A stretch of DNA of 64,000 bases from an uncultured Eubacteriales bacterium (GTDB taxonomy: Bacteria; Bacillota; Clostridia; Christensenellales; CAG-138). The stretch lies in the NCBI GenBank assembly GCA_902798825.1, contig CADBYI010000010.1:16518-80517 (forward strand). Direction: 5' to 3'. The notes beneath the pieces were generated by a model. The model was not told the origin of the DNA. It made no database searches and saw nothing but the letters and a program-made list of their open reading frames with translations. Shown here in pieces: positions 34,842-43,872 of the stretch; the stretch's first letter is position 1; each line of letters begins with the position of its first letter. The translations under genes and the position numbers were made by a program.

Positions 34842-36563
34842 TTATTCTGCGATGGCGCCGAACTTGCAGAGCTGCTGGCACAGGCCGCAGCCCACGCAGA
34901 GGGTGGGGTCGATGGCGGCCTTGCCGTCGAAGACGATGGCGGGGCAGCCGATCTGCATGCAGGCCTTGCAGCTTCTGCACTTGTCGGGATCGATGTGGAA
35001 GGCGGGCTTATGCTTCACCCACTTCAAAAGGGCGCAGGGCCGCCGGACCACGATGACCGAGGGCTCGTCCGCCGCCAATTCTTCCTTTATCGCCGCCTCC
35101 GTGGCCTTCAGGTCCTGGGGGTCCACCACCCGGACCCGCTTCACGCCGCAAGCTTCGGCGATCTTTTCGGCGGAAAGCTGGGCGGTGGGCTGCTCCTTCA
35201 ACGTCATGCCGGTGAGGGGGTTCTGCTGGTGGCCGGTCATGCCGGTGATGGAGTTGTCCAATATCAGCACCACGCCCACACCCTGGTTGTAGACCAGATT
35301 CACAAGGCCCGTCATGCCGCTGTGCATGAAGGTGGAGTCGCCGATGACGGCCACGGTCTTCTTGGCCGCCTCAGGCCGGACCTTTTCAAAGCCGTGCATG
35401 ACGCCGATGGACGCGCCCATGCAGATGGTGGAATCCATGGCGGACAGGGGCGCGGAGGCGCCCAGGGTATAGCAGCCGATGTCGCCGGATACGGTGACCT
35501 TCAGCTTGTGGAGCACATGGAACAATCCCCGATGGGGGCATCCGGGGCAGAGCACCGGGGGCCGGACGGGCAGGGCCTCGTCCAGCTTCCGGCTCTCGGG
35601 CAGGGGGCAGCCGAAGGCGGCCCGGATGCGGTTCTGGGAGAACTCGCCCAAAAGGCCCAGCTCCTTCTTGCCCAGATCCACATGGATGCCCAGCGTGGCA
35701 AGATGGGTCTCGATGACGGGGTCCAGCTCCTCCACCACGGCCAGCTTTTGGACCTTGGCGGCGAAGTCCCGGATGAGCTGCTCGGGCAGGGGGTTCACCA
35801 ACCCCAGCTTCAGCACGCTGACGTTGGGCAGGGCCTCCTTCACATACTGATAGCTGATGCCGGAGGTGATGACGCCCCACTGGGTATCGCCCATCTCCAC
35901 CCGGTTGAAGGGGCAGTCCTCCCCATAGGCGCGAAGCTTCTCTGTCCGCTCCTCCACCACCACGTGCTGGGGGATGGCGTTGCCGGGGGCCATGACATAC
36001 TTGCGGGGGTTCTTCACGTACTCCTTCAAAGGCTGCTCCTGACGGTCATGGAGCTCCACCAGACTCTGGGAGTGGGCCACCCGGGTGCAGGTCCTAAACA
36101 GCACCGGCGTGTCGAACCGCTCGGACAGCTCGAAGGCCAGCTTCATAAAGTCCCGGCACTCGGCGGAGTCCGAGGGCTCCACCATGGGCACCTTGGAAGC
36201 GATGGCGTGGTGCCGGGAGTCCTGCTCGTTCTGGGAGGAGTGCATGCCCGGATCGTCGGCCACGGCGATGACCAAGCCCCCGTTGACGCCCGTATAGGCG
36301 GCGGTGTACAGGGGGTCGGCGGCCACGTTCAAGCCCACGTGCTTCATGGCGCACAGGGCCCGGGCCCCGGCGATGGACGCGCCCAAGGCCGCCTCCAAGG
36401 CGCACTTCTCGTTGGGCGCCCACTCGGCGTAAACCTCCGGGAACTTGGCCGCTTCCTCGGTGATCTCCGTGGAGGGCGTGCCCGGATAGGAGGATACAAA
36501 GGAACACCCCGCCTCAAAGAGACCCCGGGCGGCGGCGGCGTTGCCCAACAACAGCTTCTTCAT
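34842..36563 (-). CDS. iorA: Indolepyruvate:ferredoxin oxidoreductase subunit alpha
   Basis: ATG 36563 preceded by AGGAGG. 573 aa. N-terminal GN.A.ARG..EAG....SYPGTPSTEI, TPP-binding GDSTFMHSG, C-terminal 2x[4Fe-4S] CRSCKAC...C and CVGCGLCQQLC. Confidence 0.85.
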   Translation of the reverse strand: MKKLLLGNAAAARGLFEAGCSFVSSYPGTPSTEITEEAAKFPEVYAEWAPNEKCALEAALGASIAGARALCAMKHVGLNVAADPLYTAAYTGVNGGLVIAVADDPGMHSSQNEQDSRHHAIASKVPMVEPSDSAECRDFMKLAFELSERFDTPVLFRTCTRVAHSQSLVELHDRQEQPLKEYVKNPRKYVMAPGNAIPQHVVVEERTEKLRAYGEDCPFNRVEMGDTQWGVITSGISYQYVKEALPNVSVLKLGLVNPLPEQLIRDFAAKVQKLAVVEELDPVIETHLATLGIHVDLGKKELGLLGEFSQNRIRAAFGCPLPESRKLDEALPVRPPVLCPGCPHRGLFHVLHKLKVTVSGDIGCYTLGASAPLSAMDSTICMGASIGVMHGFEKVRPEAAKKTVAVIGDSTFMHSGMTGLVNLVYNQGVGVVLILDNSITGMTGHQQNPLTGMTLKEQPTAQLSAEKIAEACGVKRVRVVDPQDLKATEAAIKEELAADEPSVIVVRRPCALLKWVKHKPAFHIDPDKCRSCKACMQIGCPAIVFDGKAAIDPTLCVGCGLCQQLCKFGAIAE

Positions 36564-36641
36564 GCATCTGCCTCCTGCATTCGTTTTTTGATTCCGCACC
36601 CATTATGGCACAGGGCCCGGGAAATAGCAAGGCTGTTTTCC

Positions 36642-36670
36642 TTGACCCCCGGTCCCAAACGCGATACAAT
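36642..36670 (+). promoter_or_regulatory. Sigma-A-type promoter of the MBL / aldolase / DUF362 operon
   Basis: TTGACC (36642-36647), 17-nt spacer, TACAAT (36665-36670). Confidence 0.6.
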
Positions 36671-36698
36671 GAAAAGCAAAGATGCAGGAGGTATGCAT

Positions 36699-37412
36699 AT
36701 GCTCCAACAGTTGACCGAGAAGGTCTGGTATCTGCCCCACGACGAGCCGTCGGATCGGCCCGTGCTCACCTATATAGAGGGGGATCAGCTGTCCGTGGCC
36801 GTGGACGCCGGGGCGAGCCCCGCCCACGTGCGGGAGTTCTACACCGCCATCACCGACAAGGGATTGCCCCTCCCCGAGATCACCGTTTTGACCCACTGGC
36901 ACTGGGACCACAGCTTCGGCCTCTGCGCCGTGAACGGCTTCACCCTGGCCTCCAAAAAGACCAACGAAAAGCTGAAGGAGGTGGCTGCCTGGGCGTGGAC
37001 CCCCGAGGCCATGGAACAGCGGCTCAAAACCCATGAGGACGTCCCCTTCTGCCATGAGCACATCTGCCTGGAATACCGGCGGCCCGAGTGGATACAGGTG
37101 ACCTTGCCCGACATGACGCTGGAGGGGGAGGGAACCATGGACATCGGCGGCGTGACGATCCGCTGCGAGACCTGCGATTCCCCCCACAGCCGGGACGCGT
37201 TGCTGGTCAGCGCCGACGACTGCCTCATCATCGGCGATGCCGGGTACGAGGACTTCTATGAGCTGGATCGGCAGTACGACAAGGGGCGCCTGGGGGCCTT
37301 CATCGAGAAGCTGAAGGGCCGGACGGAAGCCTGGCTGGTGGCGGGCCACGAGAAGCCCCTGCCGCTGAAGGAATTCGTGGCCAATTTGGAAACGATCTAC
37401 AAGGAGCTGTAA
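36699..37412 (+). CDS. MBL-fold metallo-hydrolase
   Basis: AGGAGG 7 nt before ATG 36699. HxHxDH as THWHWDH. 237 aa. The rest of track ORF 34995-37412 is antisense to iorA. Confidence 0.7.
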   Translation: MLQQLTEKVWYLPHDEPSDRPVLTYIEGDQLSVAVDAGASPAHVREFYTAITDKGLPLPEITVLTHWHWDHSFGLCAVNGFTLASKKTNEKLKEVAAWAWTPEAMEQRLKTHEDVPFCHEHICLEYRRPEWIQVTLPDMTLEGEGTMDIGGVTIRCETCDSPHSRDALLVSADDCLIIGDAGYEDFYELDRQYDKGRLGAFIEKLKGRTEAWLVAGHEKPLPLKEFVANLETIYKEL

Positions 37413-37413
37413 G

Positions 37414-38451
37414 ATGATCCGCTTTGCCTGCGATTACGACGAGGGGGCCTGCCCCGAGATCATGGCGGCCCTCCATGCCACCAATTTTGAACAGAACCCC
37501 GGCTACGGCGAGGACCCCCACTGCGAGCACGCCCGGGCCCTGATCCGTGAAGCCGTGGGCCGAGAGGACGCCTACGTGCAGTTCCTGGTGGGCGGGACCC
37601 AGACCAACCAGACCGTCATCGCCGCGGCCCTGCGGCCCTTCCAGGGGGTCATCGCCGCCGCCACGGGCCACATCAACGTCCACGAGACAGGCGCCATCGA
37701 GGCCACGGGCCACAAGGTCCTGGCCCTGCCCGACCGGGAGGGAAAGGTCCGGGCGGCGGACGTGGACGCCTACGTGAAGGCCCACTGGGCGGACCCCACC
37801 CACGAGCACATGGTCCAGCCCAAGATGGTCTATATCTCCCACCCCACCGAGGGCGGGCTGCTGTACAGCCTCTCCGAATTGGAGGCTTTGTCCGCCGTGT
37901 GCAGGCAGCACGGGCTGTATCTGTATCTGGACGGGGCCCGGCTGGGCTACGGCCTGGTATCCCCGGACACGGACGTGACGCTGAAGGACATCGCCCGGCT
38001 CACCGACGCCTTCTACATCGGTGGCACCAAGGTGGGCGCCCTGTTCGGGGAGGCGGTGGTGCTGCTCCATCCAGACCTTCAAAAGGACTTCCGCTACATG
38101 ATCAAGCACCAGGGCGGCATGCTCGCCAAGGGGCGGCTGCTGGGCATCCAGTTCGAGACATTGTTCACCGACGGCCTCTACACCCGCATCGCCCAAAACG
38201 CCGTGGATTTGGCCATGGTCCTGCGGGACGCGCTGCGGGAAAAGGGGGTCCGATTCCTCTACGAGTCCCCCACCAACCAGCAGTTCCCCATCCTGCCGGA
38301 CCGGGTGGTGGAAGCGCTTTCCGACCGCTACGCCTTCGAGGGTTGGGGCCGGGTGGACGATGACCACACCGCCACCCGCATCTGCATGAGCTGGTGTACG
38401 AAAAAGGAGAGCGTGGACGCCCTCCTCCGGGACCTGCTGCCCCTGCTGTGA
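37414..38451 (+). CDS. Threonine aldolase / beta-eliminating lyase family PLP enzyme
   Basis: 345 aa. YGEDP....L......G.E.A.F..GGTQTN and YIGGTK.G (PLP lysine) are typical of the low-specificity threonine aldolase family. Confidence 0.75.
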   Translation: MIRFACDYDEGACPEIMAALHATNFEQNPGYGEDPHCEHARALIREAVGREDAYVQFLVGGTQTNQTVIAAALRPFQGVIAAATGHINVHETGAIEATGHKVLALPDREGKVRAADVDAYVKAHWADPTHEHMVQPKMVYISHPTEGGLLYSLSELEALSAVCRQHGLYLYLDGARLGYGLVSPDTDVTLKDIARLTDAFYIGGTKVGALFGEAVVLLHPDLQKDFRYMIKHQGGMLAKGRLLGIQFETLFTDGLYTRIAQNAVDLAMVLRDALREKGVRFLYESPTNQQFPILPDRVVEALSDRYAFEGWGRVDDDHTATRICMSWCTKKESVDALLRDLLPLL

Positions 38452-38486
38452 GTTTATAAACATACTATAGCAAAGGAGTAAACCAC

Positions 38487-39380
38487 ATGAAGCCGAAAGT
38501 ATTCTTTACCCGCACCATCACCCCCGAGAAGGTGATCGAGATGTATGACGCCCTGGGCATCGACCTGCCCGGCAAGGTTGCCGTGAAGGTCCATTCCGGG
38601 GAGAAGGGCAACCAGAACTTCCTTCATCCCGATTTCTGGGCCCCCATGGTGGAGAAGGTCAAGGGCACCGTGGTGGAGTGCAACACCGCCTACGGCGACG
38701 CTTTCGACGGGGTCCGGGACCATACGGAATCCCATCTCAAGCTCCTGAAGCTCCACGGCTGGGCCGACGCCTTCGACATGGACCTGATGGACGCCGAGGG
38801 GCCGGACGACGTGCTGCCCATCCCGAACGGCAAGGTCCTCAAGGAGAACCTGGTGGGCAAAAACATGAAGAACTACGATTCCATGCTGGTCCTGGCCCAC
38901 TTCAAGGGGCACCCCCAGGGCGGCTTTGGCGGTTCCCTCAAGCAGCTGTCCATCGGCTGCGCCTCCCGGGCGGGCAAGGCCCTGATCCATTCCGGCGGCG
39001 TTAGCGACAGCAACATCGAAGCCTGGCAGAAGCACGCCGAGCAGGACCGGTTCTGCGAGGCCATGGCGGACGCGGCCTCCAGCGTGGTGAAGTTCTTCGA
39101 GGGGAAGATCGCGTTCATCAACGTGATGAAGAACCTGTCCGTGGACTGCGACTGCTGCTCCGTGGCCGAGGACCCCTGCATGAAGGACATCGGCATCCTG
39201 GCCTCCCTGGACCCGGTGGCCATCGATCAGGCGTGCCTCGATCTGGTCTATGGGGCCAAGGACGATCCCGGCCAGCAGCATTTCATCGAGCGGGTGGAGT
39301 CGCGCCACGGCGTGCACACCGTGGAAGCGGCGGCGGAGCTGGGCTTCGGCAGCCGCGAGTATGAGCTGATAGAGCTGTAA
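38487..39380 (+). CDS. DUF362 domain protein
   Basis: 297 aa. KVFFT.......V..MY..LG..L.GKVAVKVHSGEKGNQNFL.P.F resembles the K.H.GE.GN..F..P signature of DUF362. Cys-rich VDCDCC segment. Confidence 0.6.
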   Translation: MKPKVFFTRTITPEKVIEMYDALGIDLPGKVAVKVHSGEKGNQNFLHPDFWAPMVEKVKGTVVECNTAYGDAFDGVRDHTESHLKLLKLHGWADAFDMDLMDAEGPDDVLPIPNGKVLKENLVGKNMKNYDSMLVLAHFKGHPQGGFGGSLKQLSIGCASRAGKALIHSGGVSDSNIEAWQKHAEQDRFCEAMADAASSVVKFFEGKIAFINVMKNLSVDCDCCSVAEDPCMKDIGILASLDPVAIDQACLDLVYGAKDDPGQQHFIERVESRHGVHTVEAAAELGFGSREYELIEL

Positions 39381-39425
39381 GCGTTTTTTCGGAAAGATGG
39401 GGGGGAGGCTCCAAGGGCCTTCCCC

Positions 39426-40019
39426 TCACAGTTTTTTGGAGTAGATCACACGGCGCTCCCCGCCAAAGAGCTCAACCTCCCGAATGGGGGCGTGGCCGCA
39501 CTTCTCCAGGGTGCGGCGGCAGGCGTGGTTCTGGGGAGAGGTGCAGGTGAGTATCTCCGCGGCGCCCACCCGCCGGGCATACCGTTCCCGCTCCAGACAG
39601 AAGCACATCTGCAGCCCATAGCCCTGATACCGAGGGTCGATCCAGGCCCCGTCAAAGGTGGCGCATCGGAGGGCGTATTCCGGCTCATACCCCAGGGCGT
39701 AGGCCAAATTTCGCTCCGTCTCCCGGAGGGACAGCACCATGGCGAAGCCGACCAACCGGCGGCCGGACCAGGCGCCAAGGGTGAAATCCTTTTCGATGCT
39801 CTCCGCCACCTGCTTTCGGGGCGTCGTCACATACAGGGAACGGCTGGAGACCTTGCGACGGACCCGGTGCTGGATCAGCATGATGGCGGGCAGATCCTGT
39901 CTGGCGCAGCGGCGCAGAATGAATCGCTGTTCATGGGTGATCCTCTTGGTCAACACATAGGCGCGCTCCTGTCCCGGCCAGAGCTCATCGGTGGAAATAG
40001 GCGGTTGATCATGCGTCAT
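39426..40019 (-). CDS. GNAT-family N-acetyltransferase
   Basis: Acetyl-CoA motif region IDPRYQGYGLQMCF...ERYARRVGA. ATG 40019 has AAAGGA 10 nt upstream. The GTG at 40028 is too close to that SD. Confidence 0.7.
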   Translation of the reverse strand: MTHDQPPISTDELWPGQERAYVLTKRITHEQRFILRRCARQDLPAIMLIQHRVRRKVSSRSLYVTTPRKQVAESIEKDFTLGAWSGRRLVGFAMVLSLRETERNLAYALGYEPEYALRCATFDGAWIDPRYQGYGLQMCFCLERERYARRVGAAEILTCTSPQNHACRRTLEKCGHAPIREVELFGGERRVIYSKKL

Positions 40020-40052
40020 CTCTGCCACGTCCTTTCTTGTATATAATAATAT

Positions 40053-40081
40053 ATATTACAATAAAAATGCATTCCAGTCAA
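40053..40081 (-). promoter_or_regulatory. Sigma-A-type promoter of the GNAT gene
   Basis: Minus strand TTGACT (40081-76), 17-nt spacer, TAATAT (40058-53), inside a 145-bp AT-rich intergenic island. Confidence 0.55.
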
Positions 40082-40092
40082 TGCGGAATGCA
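40062..40092 (-). terminator. Putative terminator of the EamA gene
   Basis: tgcattcc/ggaatgca 8-bp stem (40068-75 / 40085-92). The minus strand continues with ttttt. Confidence 0.5.
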
Positions 40093-40173
40093 CATGAAAA
40101 ATATAGACAAATAAGGAAAAACTGTGAATTATCAACAGCGGAAGACGCGAATATGGATGATTATAAATACAGC

Positions 40174-41064
40174 TTATACTGTCTCGCCCTTTCCTTTCGG
40201 CAGCAGCTGGGACAGTATGAGCGCCGCGAAGATGAAGCCGCAGCCCAGCAGCTCCCGGCCGGTCATGCGCTCGTGGAGGAGCAGGGCCCCGAAGAGGGCG
40301 CCGAACATGGATTCAAAGCTCATGAGCAGGGAGGCCAGGGCCGGCGGCAGATGCCGCTGTCCCACGATCTGGAGCCAGTAGGCGATGCCGCAGGAGAAGA
40401 TGCCGCAATAGAGGATGCACCAAATGGCCGGGCGGATGTTTTCGAACCCGAACCCCTCGAAGAGGGCCATGGGCAGAAAGCTCAGCAGCCCCGCCGTGAG
40501 AAATTCGATGCAGCACAGGGTCAGGGCGTCGAACTCCGGGGCGAACTTGTCCACCAGCAGTATTTGCAGCGTGAACACCAGGGCGCACAGGAGCACCAGG
40601 GCGTCCCCCTTTTCCAGGGTGAACGCCTCGGTGACGGACAAAAGGTAGAGCCCCACGGCTCCGATGATGAGGCACAGCCAGGTCCAGACGCCGGTCTTTC
40701 GGTGGAAGAACGCGGCCCCCACGATGGGCACCAGCAGGATATAGAGGGCGGTGAGGAACGCGCCTTTGCCCGCGGTGGTGTATTGGAGCCCCACCTGCTG
40801 GAGCCAGGAGGCCACCGCCACCGTCAGCCCGATGAGGACGCCGCTTTTCACCAGCCGGACCCGGTCCTCCCGGGTGGCGGGCAGGGCCGTCTTCCGCCGC
40901 AGAAGGATGAAGGGTACGAGACACAGGGCCCCTACCAGCATCCGCACGGCAGTGAAGGCGTAGGGCGCCATGCCGTAGTCCATGGCGGCGGACTGGGCCA
41001 CGAAGGCGCTGCCCCAGATCACGGAGCAGCCCAGGAGGATGAGACTGTATTTCGTCTGTTTCAT
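40174..41064 (-). CDS. DMT superfamily (EamA-type) transporter
   Basis: 296 aa, 10 TM helices. Duplicated EamA halves (LLGCSVIWGSAFVAQ...; ...LQIVGQRHLPPALASLLMSFE.MFGALFG). Confidence 0.85.
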   Translation of the reverse strand: MKQTKYSLILLGCSVIWGSAFVAQSAAMDYGMAPYAFTAVRMLVGALCLVPFILLRRKTALPATREDRVRLVKSGVLIGLTVAVASWLQQVGLQYTTAGKGAFLTALYILLVPIVGAAFFHRKTGVWTWLCLIIGAVGLYLLSVTEAFTLEKGDALVLLCALVFTLQILLVDKFAPEFDALTLCCIEFLTAGLLSFLPMALFEGFGFENIRPAIWCILYCGIFSCGIAYWLQIVGQRHLPPALASLLMSFESMFGALFGALLLHERMTGRELLGCGFIFAALILSQLLPKGKGETV

Positions 41065-41119
41065 GGGCAGTATCCTATCACGGGCGACCGCGAAAAACAA
41101 GCACATTTTCAGGGAATCG

Positions 41120-41128
41120 TGGTATAAT
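41120..41128 (+). promoter_or_regulatory. Extended -10 promoter element
   Basis: tgg-TATAAT (TG at 41120-41121, TATAAT at 41123-41128). The -35 is weak. This argues against the track start at 41127. Confidence 0.45.
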
Positions 41129-41159
41129 GGGACCCAAGGAACGCAAGGAGGACGGAGCC

Positions 41160-42269
41160 ATGAAGGAAACGCTGACCATCGGCGATCGGGGCCGGGCGGT
41201 GCGGGAGCTGAACGGGGGCCTGCGGGCCCTGGGCTACGAGGCGGGGGCGGGGGACAGATTCACCCAAAGCACCGCCCGGGGCCTCTGTGCCCTGCAGACG
41301 GACCGGGGATTGGAGCCCACGGGCCAGGGGGATGGCCGCACCCGGAGCCTGTTGACGCTGCTTAGCTGCAACGACCCGGAGGAAGCCTTCTACGGCGACG
41401 CGGACGGGGACGGCCAGCTGACCGTGAAGGACGTGGGCCTGGTGCTCAAAAGCCTGCTCACCCGTAGGACGGCCCCCACCGTGGCCCTGGACGCTGACGG
41501 CAGCGGGAAGGTGGATTGGCAGGACGCCCGCTATCTGGTAAAGTGCCTGATCGGTCGGGCCGCGCCCAAGCCCAACGCCCCCTGGATCGGCCCGGACGCC
41601 GGGGTGGGAACGGACGCCCGGCGGGCCATCGACCAGGCGCTGCGGGGGGTGACCCCCCTTCGGCGGCAGCTGGTGGAGGCGGCCTTGCCCTTTGCCTGCG
41701 ACCCCCACGGCGCCCAGGTCGCGGCCTTTCCCAGGAGCCTGTACCTCTGGGGCGCCGACCTGTTTGGGACGGACAAGGCGCTGTACTGTCCCACGTCCGC
41801 GGCCATTGAACTGATGGCGGCCCGAAAGCCCGCCTTCTTTGACGGGGGCCGCCGGGAGATGATGCTCTCCGCCCTGCAGAACGCCGCGAGCCTGGGGGAC
41901 AGGCTGTCCGCTGCGGACTGCTCCGGGGCCATCGTGGGCCTGTGGCGGAAGTTCGATCTGGTGGAGGGGACCTTCGACGCCGTGGCCAACCAGCTGCTGC
42001 GCGAACCCCTGTCCTTCCCCATTCAAAAGGAGGACCTGCTCCCCGGGGATTTGGTGGGCTTTGACGGCCACATCGGCCTCTATGCCGGGGCGGGCCGGGT
42101 GGTGGAGTGGGCCGGCGGGGCCTATGGCTGCCAGCTGACCAGGCTGCAGGGCCGCTGCTGCTGGTCCTTTACGGAGAAGCGGCTGGTCAAAATGAAAAAG
42201 GATTTTGAACTCTTCACGCGGCCCTTCTTCCTCGTTGACGGGGAGACGGAAACCGGATATACTAAATAA
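41160..42269 (+). CDS. PG_binding_1 + dockerin-like + NlpC/P60-like protein
   Basis: AAGGAGG 8 nt before the ATG. GDRGRAVRELNGGLRALGY......FT..TARGL.ALQ...GLEPTG (PG-binding). GDADGDGQLTVKDVGLVLKSLL and LDADGSGKVDWQDARYLVKCLIG (paired Ca-binding dockerin repeats). ADCSGAIVGLW ... GDLVGFDGHIGLY (NlpC/P60 Cys/His). No obvious signal peptide. Confidence 0.6.
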   Translation: MKETLTIGDRGRAVRELNGGLRALGYEAGAGDRFTQSTARGLCALQTDRGLEPTGQGDGRTRSLLTLLSCNDPEEAFYGDADGDGQLTVKDVGLVLKSLLTRRTAPTVALDADGSGKVDWQDARYLVKCLIGRAAPKPNAPWIGPDAGVGTDARRAIDQALRGVTPLRRQLVEAALPFACDPHGAQVAAFPRSLYLWGADLFGTDKALYCPTSAAIELMAARKPAFFDGGRREMMLSALQNAASLGDRLSAADCSGAIVGLWRKFDLVEGTFDAVANQLLREPLSFPIQKEDLLPGDLVGFDGHIGLYAGAGRVVEWAGGAYGCQLTRLQGRCCWSFTEKRLVKMKKDFELFTRPFFLVDGETETGYTK

Positions 42270-42306
42270 TTAAGACTTGGCCTTGCGCCGGAAAGAGAGA
42301 TACCAT

Positions 42307-43227
42307 ATGGAAAAATTGAGCATCGCCATCATCGGCGGCGGTCCGGCGGGCCTGGCGGCGGGCATCTACGCCTCTCGGGGCGGGGCCAACGTGAAGCTGT
42401 TTGAGGAGCTGTTCCCCGGGGGACAGATCGTGAAGACCCATAAGGTGGAGAACTATCCCGGCCTCACCGGCGGCCCAGACGGGTACACCCTGGCGGCGGC
42501 CCTGGAGAAGCACGCGGCGGAATTCGACCTGCCCGTGGTCTACGGGTCCGTGGCCGATCTCAAGCTTGCGGAGACGGAAAAGACCTTCACCGTCAACGGC
42601 GAAGACTATGCCGCCGATGCGGTGATCCTGTGCATGGGCGCGGGTCCCCGGAAGCTGGGGCACCCGGACGAGGACCGGTTCGTTGGCGCGGGCATCAGCT
42701 ATTGCGCCACCTGCGACGGGGCCTTCTACCGGGGGAAGGACGTGGCCATCGTGGGCGGCGGCGACACCGCCGTGGCGGACGCCCTGTACCTGTCCGCCCT
42801 GTGCAACAAGGTCTATCTCATCCACCGCCGGGATCAGTTTCGGGCGGCGGCCACCCTGGTGGATCGGGTGAAGCGGGCCGAGAACGTGGAGCTGGTGCTC
42901 AACAGCACCGTGGCGGGCCTGTCCGGGGAGGACAAGCTGTCCTCCGTCACCGTGGAGGATAAGTTCACCCATGAGATGCGGGAGCTGCCCGTCAGCGGCC
43001 TGTTCGTGGCCGTGGGCATCCTGCCCCGGACGGAGCTGGTCAAGGAGCAGGTGGAGCTGGACGGGGGCGGCTTCATCGTCACGGATAAGAATATGCAGAC
43101 CTCCATTCCCGGGGTCTTTGCCGCAGGGGACATCCGCAACACGCCCCTTCGGCAGGTGGTCACCGCCTGCGCCGACGGGGCCGTGGCGGCCACCAAGGCG
43201 GTGGAATATGTTGGTCTTTTGGGGTGA
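42307..43227 (+). CDS. trxB: Thioredoxin-disulfide reductase
   Basis: IIGGGPAGLAAGIYASR FAD motif, redox-active CATCDG, second dinucleotide motif VAIVGGGDTA, C-terminal GVFAAGD. Confidence 0.9.
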   Translation: MEKLSIAIIGGGPAGLAAGIYASRGGANVKLFEELFPGGQIVKTHKVENYPGLTGGPDGYTLAAALEKHAAEFDLPVVYGSVADLKLAETEKTFTVNGEDYAADAVILCMGAGPRKLGHPDEDRFVGAGISYCATCDGAFYRGKDVAIVGGGDTAVADALYLSALCNKVYLIHRRDQFRAAATLVDRVKRAENVELVLNSTVAGLSGEDKLSSVTVEDKFTHEMRELPVSGLFVAVGILPRTELVKEQVELDGGGFIVTDKNMQTSIPGVFAAGDIRNTPLRQVVTACADGAVAATKAVEYVGLLG

Positions 43228-43230
43228 ACC

Positions 43231-43872
43231 ATGCTGCTGACGGAAGAAAAACGGGCCGAAGCCCTGCGCATCTTGGCGGAACTATACCCGAACCCCCGAC
43301 CGGAGCTCCTCTACACCAGCCCCTATGAGCTGCTGGTGGCGGTCATGCTCTCCGCCCAGTGCACGGACAAGCAGGTGAACAAGGTGACAAGCGAGCTCTT
43401 CCGGGTGGCCAACACCCCCGAGCAGATGCTCTCCCTGGGCGAGGAGAAGCTCATGACCATGATCCACTCCTGCGGCTTCTTCCGCATGAAGGGGAAGCAC
43501 ATTTTGGAAACCTCCCGCATTTTGGTGGAGAGGTACGGGGGAGAGGTGCCCGCGGATCGGGACACCCTGACCGAGCTCCCCGGCGTGGGCCGCAAGACCG
43601 CCAACGTGGTGGTCAGCAACGCCTTCCACATCCCGGCCATCGCCGTGGACACCCACGTGTTTCGGGTCAGCAACAGGATCGGCCTGGCCGAGGCCAAGAC
43701 CGTGGAGAAGACCGAGGAGCAGCTCATGGCCCACATCCCTCGGGAGGATTGGAGCGACGCCCACCATTGGATCATCTTTCACGGACGCCGGGTCTGCGCC
43801 GCCCAGCGGCCCAAGTGCGGCGAATGCGCGCTGAACCGGATTTGCGATTTCTATATGCGAAAGGATAGCTGA
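43231..43872 (+). CDS. nth: Endonuclease III
   Basis: 213 aa. HhH-GPD LPGVGRKTANVV, catalytic-region D after VDTHV, [4Fe-4S] C-x6-C-x2-C-x5-C (CAAQRPKCGECALNRIC). Confidence 0.9.
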   Translation: MLLTEEKRAEALRILAELYPNPRPELLYTSPYELLVAVMLSAQCTDKQVNKVTSELFRVANTPEQMLSLGEEKLMTMIHSCGFFRMKGKHILETSRILVERYGGEVPADRDTLTELPGVGRKTANVVVSNAFHIPAIAVDTHVFRVSNRIGLAEAKTVEKTEEQLMAHIPREDWSDAHHWIIFHGRRVCAAQRPKCGECALNRICDFYMRKDS

